The notes under the pieces: model-generated
The model's database searches: none
What the model was told of the DNA's origin: nothing
The model's input: the letters and a program-made list of their open reading frames with translations, nothing else
Assembly (NCBI GenBank): GCA_036172245.1
Contig: JAYWIR010000001.1
Location: forward strand, 4,526,001 to 4,590,000
Length of the DNA stretch: 64,000 bases
Direction: 5' to 3'
Source: Raillietiella orientalis
Taxonomy: Eukaryota
Program-made: the position numbers and the translations under genes
Shown: piece after piece, positions 27,613 through 41,194 of the stretch
How positions within the stretch are numbered: position 1 is the stretch's first letter
Layout of the letters: every line of letters starts with the position of its first letter

Positions 27613-30600
27613 TTTTAATAGTGTTTACTATTTTTCGAGTGTTCTCTCTGGTGAAGACCAAACGATTGTATTCCATCCTGCTTGTCTGCAAGAGTTGTTT
27701 TGCTGTAAACTAAGATCGCGTTATTATTTTCCCGTTAATGTGAATGAAGGATTGACAACTAGCTTTAGCAGGATAATTACGTAGCTGTTGCCAGTGGATG
27801 AGCAGATGATCTTCAATAACAGAAGTCTTTTGCCACCTTTCGGACACAAATTATGTAGATTTTGGATGCACCAGCCAGCCGGCGAGTTATGTTTTCTTTG
27901 ATTGGAAAGAAGAGTGTTTGTCGCCTTGGTTACAAGCCGCCTTACTTTGGTTGCATGCTGTTTCAGAGATTCAGAGATTGCATGGATGAAAATGCAAGTT
28001 TCCTACGGGTTTTCTACATTGAGATATGGCGTGAAGTGTTTCACGTGAGCTTTCTTTGCATATCGAGGATGTCTTCGCTCGAAATTTTCTGATTTTTTGA
28101 TGACTGCTCACCTAGTAGCCTCTTTTTGTGCCTCCACAATATTTGCATAATAGATTGGGATCACTTTTTGAAATTAGCACATCATGAAATTGGCATCAGC
28201 AAAGCTTTAAACGCACTCGGAAAAAAAAAAAAAACGAAGCTGGTATTTTCAGTCACTTTCCCGCCAGTTTCATTTCTCCTCCCTTTGTTTTAGATATTGC
28301 AAATGAAAAAAACTGAATCTGTTTTGGAAAAATCCATTGTTTTATTTTAGAAAATGTGAAAGGTTCGTTTCCACTTTCACAGTAGTGTGGATAGGAAGTC
28401 CAATTTGAATTTTTCTTCCGTTGATCCTTCTCAGTGACGTGCTTGCTTGCTGTGCAGCGGCTCATCATCATCTGAGTGCATTATGGAGTTTATGATTTCC
28501 ATCGGATTTCTTCCGAGCACGGTTCCTGTCTTCTGCAACCAGTTATCCTTTGATTTTTGATTTAGTACGGATGCCCTTAAACGGCAGGAAGCCAGCTTGC
28601 CGCTTGCCCTTTACGATCCATACATTTGACACGTGCGTCTCCAATAAACATTGTTTTCCTAGCAAGCACATTGACCCTGCATTCAAGGAAAAGGGTTCTT
28701 GACCATCTGCTTCTTCATCAAGTCATGCGTAGGCGAAGTAGGGAAAATTCTGCACACGGTTCTGATCGTTTCGGTCCTATTGCTATTCTTCCCGTTTAAG
28801 TCCTCAATATAGAATTAAAAGCAAAGGATCTTGGCGGTAGTAGTAACGACGTTGCGTTTCGTCAGCTGAATGGAAAACATGCACAAGATTCTTTGTCCCT
28901 TGCCGAAATTTTTGATAATTTTCTTCCCCTCCTCCTCAGAGTCAGCTGCGCTTTATTTCCTAGCCAACTCTTGTTCCCACACTCATTTTGGGTAACACCG
29001 GATTGCAATTTTAGACCCATTGTGGTTCACGTGATTTCAAAATGTTCTTGGTAATGAATTAAGTTCCACCATAACATCGAACACGTACGATTGGTGACTC
29101 GGAAATGGTGTACGGTTGGTGAAGCACACTGGAAAAGAAATCCACTGTCAGAAACCGAATGTGAAACTACGAAGCAACCATTTTCGAAAAAGCAACGATC
29201 TTACACATAACTGATAAAGACAATTGCCTTAAAACAGATTCTACTTTTTTTTCATCCCAGTGAACAAATCAAGTTTTATTTCAACTTATCCTGTAGAAGA
29301 CGCCACAAAAAGTGCGTGAAAAAAAATATTTTTTTTTGCAGTCTCAAACCTTGTTCGTTTTTTTTTTTTTTTGGTTTTTGTAAGCCCAATTTTTTACTTC
29401 TCGGCCGTTGCCCTCATTTAGTAACCTTATTTTATTTTATTTATCGGTTTGGCAACTCGTTTCAGACCTCTTTCGGCGAGAAACGCGTCACGGGTGGTGA
29501 TTTCGCCCACCACCGCGTGCAGTCGAACTGCAGAAAAGGCCGCGCTCGCAGCCTTTTCTGTATTCCGTGCAACCGACTCTTCGCCTGCGGTTTTATGCGA
29601 CTGCTGCAATTTTTCTGCAGGTCATTCCCGTGGTAACCGGGAAAGCAAGTAGCCGTTTGCTTTACTTTCAGTATGCAAAGCATTGCAAGCACACTGGCAT
29701 ACACTTCATCACCATTGCCTTCCATGGAGACGACTGTTCCCGCCCTCACTATAGGAAAGAATTTGTAAATGCGTGGGCTCTAAGAGCTCGTGTCCTTTCT
29801 CTCCCGTCCCCTCTCAATCAAAAGGCGAAACAGAAACATACTTCAACTTACATTGATCCCGCCGTGGTGCAGTTTGTAAAAGTTCCCTGCGGTTCAAAGT
29901 TCTCTTTGTCTGGGAACTCCCATGTCGTTTTCAACACAAAACGAGAGAGCCGGGGCTAAATGCGTTCCTTTCTAAATTACAGGCCCGTTTCGTGTGGGTT
30001 GCAAACTGCTTTTGGTCCAACATCTTCTGGTATCGAAGTTTCAATCTGGGTTGAGGTTTTTCCAGGAGCCCAGTACGAATGATTTTGGCAACATTTCTTT
30101 TGCAGAGCATCCGTTGAAACTTCATACTCCGAGACCACGTGTTTCGGCTTTCTCTCTCTCTCTCTCTCTGCAAATAGCGCTCGCAGAGAGAAAAAAATTG
30201 CCAGAACCGATGTAATAACCTGGGAAATGCGATCTTTGCATTAGTTCGTACCGGTTTCAAGCATGTGCGATTTTTGGTAATATATGTCTATCACGACTTG
30301 GTAGTTCTGTTTGTCGCGCATTCAGAAACGCGTATGGTGCTGCATGCCGTCGGTGCTTCGTACGCTCCCCTGCAACATCCGGTGTCATCGGAATCAGCTG
30401 AGAAACTCAACCTTTACGACCCCCAAACTTCACAGAAAATGTGATTCTAGAACATCCGATTTCATTAACCATCAAAAGAACTGGATTCGAACACAGCTTC
30501 GTTACTCTCAGGGTTATAAACCTTTTCGTGCATCATTAACTAAGTGAAAAAGCATCATGATGCAGCGATGCCTCATTGGTGACTTAATTATATGCGCTAA

Positions 30601-31044
30601 CAATTACAAAGGATTAGAAGAAACATTGCATACTGGTGTCACTAGACATTCGGGAGACGCCCAGCTTTTAATCTTATTTCCCGATCCACATGCACGCATT
30701 CTGTATGGGTAATGATCAAACTTCAGGTGCTCAGACGAGACTTGGAGCATTCCTCAATCGCCAACTGCAACATTCGTGGTGTATCCGCCTGGGATTTGAC
30801 GAGACTGATAGTTTTAAATACACAAGAAGCGTACAAGTCAACTGTACGAAAATGTAAATTCAAATTTCGAAAATATAACGAAATTGCATTCAAAATTCCT
30901 CGGGAAATAAAACAAAAGAATGGTGGAAAACGAACTGTATTTCAGCCCATTTTAATTAAGCAATTACATGGTGATTGCTTAGCAATGAGAATCAGAATCA
31001 TACTAATTTGGATGCCTTATCAGTAGCCTGTAGCAGTGAAACAA

Positions 31045-33050
31045 TCATCCAATAATAAGGCCACAGCCTAGTCGGAACTGGCTCTTTCCATGACTGAGGA
31101 AGCCACTCAGAGCAAATGTGAAAGGCAGGGGTGCCAATTTTTTTTCCAGACAAGCACCCACTGACCAGTTTGAATCAAACATGGCTACAAGACATTCAGC
31201 TTATAAACGTACACACATAAACTGAGGGAATTACCTCTGAACACTAAGTTAGCCTGAGGTAAATCCACTTGATATCCTATTGTAGCCACTGACTCTTGAG
31301 TCCGGAAGCTAGTTTCAAGCTCTACACCCAGCTTCAGTTGATCACTAGCTTTTTGATAATGGCATATATGAAAGCCTGCACAGCCAAGCGTTCCACTTGT
31401 TGTACATTCCTGACCATATACTTTGGCTGTTAACAGCTGGTATTTTGTCCTGAATACTGCCCCTATCATCCCATCTTACTTTTGTATTTAGCAGCTGTTG
31501 ATGTGATTGCAACTTCCGAACCAGGAACTTGGGCACCAAACTGATAAGCTAATTCTGCACCCAACATCAGTTTTGAGGTTACTGATTGTAAGTAATGGCA
31601 TACAGCGACACCTACAGCAAATAACTTTTTTCTTCTTTGATCTTGGTAACTCACCAGAGCCATTTATAACATCAAGATTGCCTAAAATGAGTGATGATGT
31701 AAACGCCTTACCACTGTAGTCAGCACTTAATTGACTTGCAACTATATTTGATTTCTGTATCTAAATGATGAAAAACTTTAATTTTCAATGAAATTCACAC
31801 CTTCAATTATACCTGTGCTACAGCTTTGGTCCGAAGCTTTGGTGTAACTTGATGAATAAAATGAGCATTTAAGTTTCCACCAGAATCAATATCTCCGAGC
31901 AAAACTGGGAATGCTTCGGTTGGACTAATTTGCTTGGTGCCAACATATGTGGCTCCAAATCTGTATCCAGATGCAGCAATTGAACTCAAATTTAGAGTAT
32001 GAGAGATCTGAAAGTGATTGCTCAGACCCTTATTAACAACCAGTTTAGCACCCTCGAAATTAACAGGGAATACATCTGGAATGGCAAAATGGGCAAAACT
32101 TTAGATATTCAGCATGCCTTTATTTTAATACTGTACACTGCAAATTAGAGAAAACTTTTGTACAAATATTTCCGCAGATGTTAAACAATGTATTCAATAT
32201 TTGCTGCATATTAAGTACTCTACTAATATTAAAAAAAGTGGTTACTCCAAACAACGTTACTGAGATTTCATGGGTACATAAGGTGACTTATACATCATGT
32301 TAAACCTTGCAAAAACAAATGTCACCAAATTCCCTCCCCTTTCTGGCACTTTCTCGCGATGAACTACATGCCTCTAATAATTTTCAAAAAAGTAAGCTAA
32401 CTGCAAATTTCTTTCATAAACTTCAATGATTATGCAGAAGCTGTCAAGAAAATTTGCTTCTATACATTAATATGAATACATAAAAAAGTTAACATTACAT
32501 GAGTTACATGTTGGTAATCAGTAAATTCTGAATCTTCTGGGAAACTCTCAATCATTTCAAAAGAGCATCTACTGTGATTCTCCAAATTACACGAACCAAA
32601 AATCACATAGGCAAGTCGATCTTTCCACCGATTATAGAACGCGAATTCATATTTACACGAAACGTAACAAAATTTATGCGAAACGCCAACGTAGCACGTG
32701 CCTAAAAATGGATGTGCATATCAAGTCGCTTCAAATCTTTATTGGAGTTAACTGGATTCTCCCGGAGACGAAACACTACAAGGAAAAAACTACCAATAAA
32801 ACGAAATAATAAGGAAATACTTTTTTACGCTTGAATTCTTTTCGAAATACGAGCATTCCGCAAAAACATTCAATCACTCCCATATATTGTCACCTTTGCA
32901 ATCTTTATGAAGTTCTTCCATTGTTCCAGGATTCTTCAACCCATTTTCATCGAATGAATGTGAACTTTCAGAGGAAGGACTAGGAATTGGTGGTGGTGGA
33001 GGTGGCATATTGAGACCACCATTCGCACTTGAAGCGATAACATTTCCCAT
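31045..33050 (-). CDS. TOMM40: Mitochondrial import receptor subunit TOM40
   Basis: Exons 33050-32894, 32075-31813, 31760-31655, 31611-31480, 31426-31235, 31184-31045 (TGA). The protein reads MGNVIA...PPPPPP...[41 protein letters not shown]...[10 protein letters not shown]...HYLQSVT...[16 protein letters not shown]...[10 protein letters not shown]. Confidence 0.96.
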
Positions 33051-35563
33051 CACTACCTATATAGTAACTGAAAATCACTTATAAATTTTTATTACGTATT
33101 ATGCTCAAGCTTGTATTCTTTATTAAATACTAATAGAAAATTTAACATAAGTTTCTAAATGAAAATTTTCGAAATACAAATGTCATATCATCCATACCAA
33201 AGTAGAAACAAATTCTTTCAGATAACTTCAAAAAGTAACTAATATAATGCCTACATTAGTCAGATGTTAATGATACAATATAATTATAGCAAACAAGGCA
33301 TCCTATAGCAAAAAAGCGGAAATCACAATCTCCAAGTCAATTTCCGATTCACAATCCTAAACTATTTCCAATTCAATCACTATTCCACTTTCTGTGCAAC
33401 TCCATCACCAAAGGAATACCTCTCACTTCGATTTCCGCAACGATAGTCACGAGGAGTAACACGATTGCTACTTCCGCAAGCAACCTAACAAATTGAAAAT
33501 ATGTCCAACAAAACTACCACAAAAATAAAATGATAAAATCAAATCAGTTTTAAACATTTATTATGAGTTCCAAAATAAGCTTGTTTTCAGAAATATACAC
33601 TGAAAATAATGTGAATATTCTCATTCTAGGTGTAATAAAAAAAAGTGACTAATTCGCTACTGAAATGTCAAGTAAACACAAAATACCAAATATGAAAATA
33701 AACTCTACTCGTAGATTGTTACAGACTGGACACTCCTTTAAATAGTATAACATGATAACCGAAAAAAAACTTTGGATGTCTTTGAATACAAATAATAATG
33801 ACCCATCTCCAATCCTAAGCCCCCAAATCAAATAACAAGGTTTGGTTTTCTATACCAAAATATGGAAACCAAAAAACCTAATTGGTCAAGAGGAGAGTAC
33901 TCTTTTGTTTCATTTTTGGCTCTTGAGACAAATCATTCAGCTTTTTTTTAACAATTTTAACAATCATCAACGATTTATGATTTCAAACCTTTCAGAACCT
34001 TGATTCAATGTCTAAGTCGCAAATCTGGAAAATTATGAAAGTGGAATTCTAGAATTCATGTTTGTTTTCAACTACATTAACTTTTTAAATAGCTCTATAT
34101 GTTGTCTTGAATTATTATAATATTATGCAACTTTTTTTGAAAGTATTTTGGGATACTACTCTATAGCATTTGCAAGAATCGTCTACGAAGTTATTATTTG
34201 TCATATCTTTGATCTGCCGACATACGCAACCATGGAGAATTTCATTCCCTTCTCATAAATACAAATGTATTCTGGATCAAAAAGAAAATCATAACAATAA
34301 TTTTGAAATAGCTTAGATAACTTTCAATTATTGCCCTTCTGTATCTTTTTTTCTGTTTCCGTTGTTTACTGAGATTTGAAGATTCCTCAGAGGGTTATCT
34401 CTGAGGAAGATAGGTTCTGCATCTATAATTCGGAACCCATATTCCTCCATAATAGCCCTTCTTATGTCGAGTAGCTGGATTTATTTGCTGATAAACTACA
34501 ATTTTTTTTGTGACTCGATTTCTGCGTAAATATGAGGCGAAGAGCAGTAATTGCATTTCCCAACCTATTCCAATTGTAACTTGCCCGAATTAATTAATAT
34601 TTTAAAGATGCATAGTAAATCCAAACAATGAACTTTGAAGTTTCCTTTTAATACGAAAAACGTTTCGTACGGTGATAAAATTCCGAGCAAGTTAAAGCAA
34701 TTACCAGTAAAGATGCTGAGAATCTTTGTATGAAAATAAAAAAAAATTACAAATGGAACTGAGTGATTATATTTTGAATAAAACAAATAATAATAATTAG
34801 CTTTTGTTTCATTCATTTAATAAATGCAAATCGCATGAAAAGAAATTTGACAGGCATTCTCAACCTTGGCAGCTCTATTGTGTGTAACTAGTTTGTGGTT
34901 TGTCTGCGTTGCGTAAGTTACCCTACAGTTGATTGCAAGCATCGATTTGAATGTCTTGTCTATTAAATGAAACTGATCTGGGATGTTTGAATGAAATGTT
35001 AAGGATATATATTTCAATTTATAGTTACATCTTTTGTGCCATTCGTTCGTGCTACATATGCGTCGTGTTTCGTATGGAATGTGTTGTCGATCCTGCAATA
35101 GCGCAAGTACGAATTCGCGGTGTATGTTTGTGTGTATTCTTGATATCAACCCGTTCGGTTGTCATGTGGAGTTTCTTTTCTAAATATATTGTCATATTTT
35201 ATCCTTTTTGTCACCGAAAGTAAATTATGGAATGCTGCCTCAGTCCCGTAAGCGAAAAATCGAAATTTGAAGTCAATAATGAATGAATACCCACTTCCAA
35301 GAAAGACAGAAAAATGGAAATTAATTATGGTCCACTGTATTTTTCTATAAATATAAGAGTTCAATGTTAAATGTTGTATGCGAATTTGTTTCCTTTAAAA
35401 AGTAATCCTAATTTCAGATGAAATTATGGTATGTTATTTCATATGAAGTCACCTTGGGCACCTTGTTTAGTGATTCTGATTCAAATAAAAAATCTTAATA
35501 TGTAACTGTTCCTCTATGTAGTCTTATAATCATAGTGAGACTAAACAGTTAAACTATTTAACC

Positions 35564-38037
35564 ATGTCCGGAATGCCTGTTATAGTTCGTGTTGAAGCCC
35601 CTTTGGAACAACAGATCCAAGAGATTACATATGATGGACAAGAAATATACCAACCGTAAGTATACATACATATCGATAGCAGAAAGACGTACGCAAAGTA
35701 TTGTGTTCGTAGCATGTGCTTTGCTGAAATACGATATGTTCACAGTTGTTAAAAGGATGAGTTTCTAATTTGAGTCACTTATTTTGCAGTTGGTGAATGT
35801 TTTCTTATGGTTTAGGTTTTAAATTTCATGTTAAGCATATCAATTTAAAATCAATCCTTATGCACACGATCCATGCTTTTCAGAAGTGGGTGCACAAATT
35901 TGTTAAATAATTAATGAAAATTGAATATGATTGATAAATGAAAACTGATATATGAAAATTCTAGGCCCCTCTCTATGTCAGAAAATTTAACCAGATTAGC
36001 ACAAAAAATTGATTTTAATGAGACAGAGGATGAAGATACTAAGGCTAATGAAACTAACGAGCATAAAATAGAACCTTATCGATCTCAGCCAGTATGGAAG
36101 TGGGAATCTGTGAGAGGAAAATTAAGGTGCCTTAAATTGTTTTGCATTTGTCAAATGTCACATTGGATACACTGAATTTTTATGTGAATTTCTGAATCCT
36201 TATTTAATTTGCAGAAAGGCATTGACTGAAATTAGTGTGTTGATTGATGTACTGCAAATTTGCAAGCAAGGTCATTATATGGTTCTTGATCCCATAGTTC
36301 CCCAGGATGCAGTTGAAAATAAACCTTATGTGCAAATGATTGCCAAAAAAAAAGTGAGCACATGCAGCAATATTGTGTACACTGTATGTAAAGGCCCTTG
36401 CTTCAGCAGCTGCAATTTTGGCCAGTGGTGCAGAACAGTTAAAATCGTCTCAGATGGAAATGCTGAAGTCCAGACTGAGTCATGAGTTTCATGTTGAATT
36501 GTGGCTCCTTAGGCAGACTTGGAGATTGAAAAAAGTTGGCCATACCATTCTTGGTGATATGAGTTATCGTAGTGGTAAGATGTTTTTCAAGAAATATCCT
36601 CTGTTGTATTTTAAGCTTGCCTAAGTTTGTTCTGTATGAACATCCTATGTTTTTTTTTTTAGCGGGCTCTAGATTTTATCAGTCTGGAGTGTTTGAAGTT
36701 ACCAAAATGGAAGAGCCAGTAAGCAAATTGGAACCTTCAATGTCTCCTGCTTCACATGTATCTGCAAAATCTTCTTCCTCATTGAAAGTGACAGTGCCAA
36801 GTGAATTGGAAGGCATTAGCTATATCCAAGTCACGATTCAGAAAGATCAAGAAACACTATGCAATGCTAAACTTAGTGTACCTGATCCTAGCTTGGGGGT
36901 TGGGGAGCAAACATCAACATGGAAGGAGAAACTAGAGGCTGCTCAAAATGTCTTATTTTGTAAAGAATTATTTTTGCAGTTGGCAAGAGATGCAATGCAA
37001 CTTCAAGCCCCCATACCTCATATGGTAGTTGGCAATCAGATTACTGTGTCTTTGTTCCCTGGAATTCAACTTATTATTGGCCTATGTCACAGTGTAGCCT
37101 CTGAACGGCGGCCTCCTTCTCCCCCAGCAAAACTCGATCATAATCATGTCCTGGAACATTCTTTGCATCAGCTACTAAGAGAGATGCATACAAGCAATTT
37201 GAATCATCCAATGCCTACACCCAGCACTGCTATGATAGGTGTATCACGAAAGCGCCATCTAGCTGGTCCCGAAGCATCAAATCTGAGCAGCCTTCTAGGA
37301 TTAACACACAGTAATACCATACTGGAACAAATTATTCGACAGGCTCAGCATATTGTGCTTCGTCTGCGTACTATGTATGTAATTGACACTCAAGCCAAAG
37401 AAATCAGAGATCCACTCCTTGTATCCCATTGGAATACACTGAATTCTCCAACACAGAGTTGTGTGAAGATAAACATAACATCTTATGGTTATGAGACTCT
37501 TAACCGCACATCTCTTGTAGTTCATGTTGGAGAAACATCTTTGCAGGTTGTGTGTCGTGATGGACATGTGATGCATATGTCTTATGAACCACAAGAATTG
37601 AGGGACCTCATCTTGTGTCAAATCTCACATCATCAGATCTCGGCCATTCAATCATTAGCCAAATGCATGGGTTGGGTTGTTTTAGCTAGTTGTTTCAATT
37701 TAGGAGTAGGACCAGTGGAACCTTTAGGCAATTCTTCCAGTTGTTTGGTGATGTCTCCTTCAGGAAACAGGTAAGCATTTTGCAGTTCACGATGTTTTCT
37801 AACATGCTGATCTCCAGGATGATTGCTATTCGCTGTTGGCCACAAACCACACAGACTGGGATGCAAGTCATGTTTTGCTCTGCACCTAGAAGTGACTTTG
37901 TTCCTTCCAGCTTTGTCAAAGATCCCAAATGGGAAAATCTCGAGGGAGATTGGAAAATATTAAACTGGGAAAAGATGGAGGGTAGGAACTTCCTCAACAA
38001 AGTGGAAATGCTCATGGCATGCCTGACCAATTGCTGA
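35564..38037 (+). CDS. MED17: Mediator of RNA polymerase II transcription subunit 17
   Basis: Exons 35564-35655, 35965-36126, 36215-36353, 36394-36574, 36663-37770, 37818-38037. Motifs: [121 protein letters not shown]. Confidence 0.94.
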
Positions 38038-41000
38038 TCAAGTTACATTGGTAGATGGCCTTGGTGGCTGTTGATTTATGAATGTGTTCCACTTGTTAGG
38101 CATTTCAGACATTGCATATTTTCCTGCCACCAAGCTATAATCTTGATATGCCTGCATGATATGTTGTAATCGAGACAAGAGTAGATCATCCGGCACTGTC
38201 TCCTGAAATGTGCCTAGTAATTTTATAAGCTGTTTCTTGAATTTTTGACACTGAAAATAAAAATGTCTTGTTAGTGTTCCCCGTTTTTTTTCTTCCAGTA
38301 TTTACTTTAAAGTTTTCCTCTTCTTTTTGTTGCAGTTTCTCTCTGACACTCTTCAATTCTCCAGTAAGTACGTTGATGACTTTCTCGTGGACTAGGTCAT
38401 CCTTTTGATTTTCTAGGTATTTCTTTTCCATTTGTCCTTCTAATTTCGAAATCTTGATTGATTGTTTGATTTTTACCTTTTCAAGTCGTGAAACGTTCTC
38501 TTTTAGCTTATCACATAATCTTTGGAGTTCCAAGCATTTGGCCTGAAAGTGCGAATTATGAGAGGAAAGGGATCTTTTAACGTACATGTTCCATTGCAGC
38601 AGATTCCACGCAGTTTCGGAGTTGGGAAATTTCATCCTTCAACTGTACAGTTTGCAGATTGGCTTTCTGCAATCCTTTATTCAGACATTTTGATCTGCAG
38701 AAGATTATGGTGAGTTTTCGGCAAGATTCACGATGTGAAAACCATAAGATAATGGAAACCGAAAAAACACCAAAGACAAAACAGATAGCAGTCAAAATTC
38801 TCAGTCGAAATAGCATGCAAAAATGTGCTCATTTCTAGCCTCATGGAAAGCTTGCTTAGGTGTTTTAAAACTGTTCTGATCGATTTCTTCAACCCACCTA
38901 TCCGAATGTTTCGAATTGCAAACCACACATGAGGCAAATGTCGTTTTCTATCTGGGACGGATTTCGTGCCTGATAAGAAGGGCTAATATTCATTGAAGGT
39001 AGAGATTGCTTCGACATTTCAATGGAAAACTTTTAGGTTAAGTTTCCAACATCTCACTCCACTGATTGCATAATCGAAAAACCAAAAGCACACACTTGAA
39101 AACGAATGCAGTGAAAAAAGACCCATAACGACAGCAAAAGTTAACGCTAAGTGCCATCATCGATCCATTTCACTTAATAGAATTGGACTTCACATCAGGC
39201 ACAGCCGCGTCCCACTCAAAATTACTGCAAGTCTGCAACTCTCTGCTGATTATGGCTTGGCCCATGACCCTGACTGCCACAGGTCTTCCTCGGCTTCCTC
39301 TTCACCTCGAGTTGTTTTCTGGGTGAAATTGCCAACCATTTTCGGGTCCAGTTGCCCATCAATAGTCCCTCTCACAACGTGATCGGACTGCGTTGCTGTC
39401 AGTGTACACGTCAACTCAATTTTGAATTAAACTAGGTATAGGGAACTTTGAGCTATTTGAGAACGAACCAGCATTGGGCAAAGACACGTGTCGTCTCAAT
39501 CAGAACAAGCTGGTCTCCTCTATTAAAGTATGCAACGGAAATTCGGGAGCTTGTGGTCATGCGTGCTTAAACCTGAGATTGAAAAGGGAAAACTCAACTG
39601 ATGCATACAGCGCTGCTTAAGGCCGTAAGTGAAAAATCGCTGGTGACCTTTGACACCACACACACCGAAAACCTGTACAAAGAAAGAGAAAAAAGATACG
39701 GTGAAGGAGAAACACAAAAAGCATGATGGAAGTGTTCTTATCAAACTGAAATATCGCATCTTCTACTTTTGATGATCCACGACAAGAATAAGTACTGTGG
39801 TTAACGAAGATTGGGAAGAAGAAGAAGAAGAAAAGACACAAAAGTGAAGAAGCTCAAGTTAGTTTCACAGCTTTTCCATGTGCATTTTCCGTTCTTTAAT
39901 TAGCATGAGACTTCAAGGAGATATGCCGTGTATCTGCTACAATCCGAAAACAAAATCATCAGGAAGGAAATCTTTTCACCTAATTAAGTGCCCAAGACCG
40001 AGGGCAGAACGTGGATTAGGAATTAAGCCTATGCATTGCAGTTCAGAGGATTCTGTCCCCAAACTTTCCAGCATTTTATAATTAACAATCATACTAGCAA
40101 AGGTTTGCAAGAATGACAATCATCAGCTAGATAGTGAAGAACAATCTTTACTGAGGAATTTTAATTACCCTTAGGAATAATTGATTAGGGACTTTTTTTT
40201 AAAAAAAAAGGAAAAAAGAAAACGGTACCCCTGGAATAAACGAGGCCAAGAGTACCGACATTTCGAAACCTTTCGAAATCTCTCAACACGCTGCTCGCGA
40301 GCGAGCAGCGTGTTGAACACGGAAGCGTGTGATGCGGCCCTACGTACCCATTCAAGGTACTGCTGGTGCTTCAGTGTCAAGTGCTCGACTATTTTTCCCG
40401 ACTGTAAAACCGGGGGACATTGGAGCACTGCATCTGCACATCTTCGACGCTGTTTTTGTTCCTCCGACACGAGTCGCCCAGCTGCTCGAAGTCGACTTCA
40501 ATGTTAATTCTTCTTTCAAGTCGGCTTCATTTGCAGATCTTTAAGTAAATGCGTGCATATTTACCACGTGGGGTGGTAAATGGGAGGGAAGCGACCGCCT
40601 CCGGATCGGTGAAGGTTGTGTTCCACGAAGCGTTCGGAATCACCTCAGTTCCGTATCGTTCGTGAAAGGCCGTTTTTTCTCGGTCTCTCTTTTCTGCCAT
40701 CTCTTCTACCCAAACTATTTGGAAACCTTCGATAATCCCCAACATAAAGTTACTCTACGAGTCAAGCTCAGCTACCGACTGAAGACTTCATAGTTCTCTT
40801 GAACCAACAGGAATCTAATTGGAAAACAAAATGCTCCTTTGAAACGAATAATCACACATTCATGTACATGGTTGCAATTGCACGTATGGGTTTTGAAAAT
40901 TTACCATCTCGAAAAGAGTTTCCACGTGAATTTTCAGCTCCCATTCTAGTTAGCCGAATTGCTCATTTCCACTTGGTTGCCTGGTCAGGCTGGGGTCAAC

Positions 41001-41162
41001 AAGTTACCTCATTTCGCAAGTTCACAAATTTCGAACAGTCACTTAAATCCTGAGGGGAGAGATGTCATCAGTTCGGAACTTTGAAATTTCCTGTTTTCGG
41101 CTGGAGGACGTTTGTTCTCTCATTTTTAGTTGTTCTTCAATCAACTTGCAACTTGCAAGAAA

Positions 41163-41194
<32 letters not shown>

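Noticed and set aside
31682-31711. Apparent 30-nt GTAAG..TTTTAG intron in TOM40
   Set aside because: It encodes [10 protein letters not shown], which aligns with the conserved TOM40 beta-strand, so it is exonic.
40171-40540. Possible CCDC170 exon (SGKIVEHLTLKHQQYLEW)
   Set aside because: Not needed: exon 41995-41832 joins 38694 in phase and keeps colinearity, and this segment is phase-incompatible.
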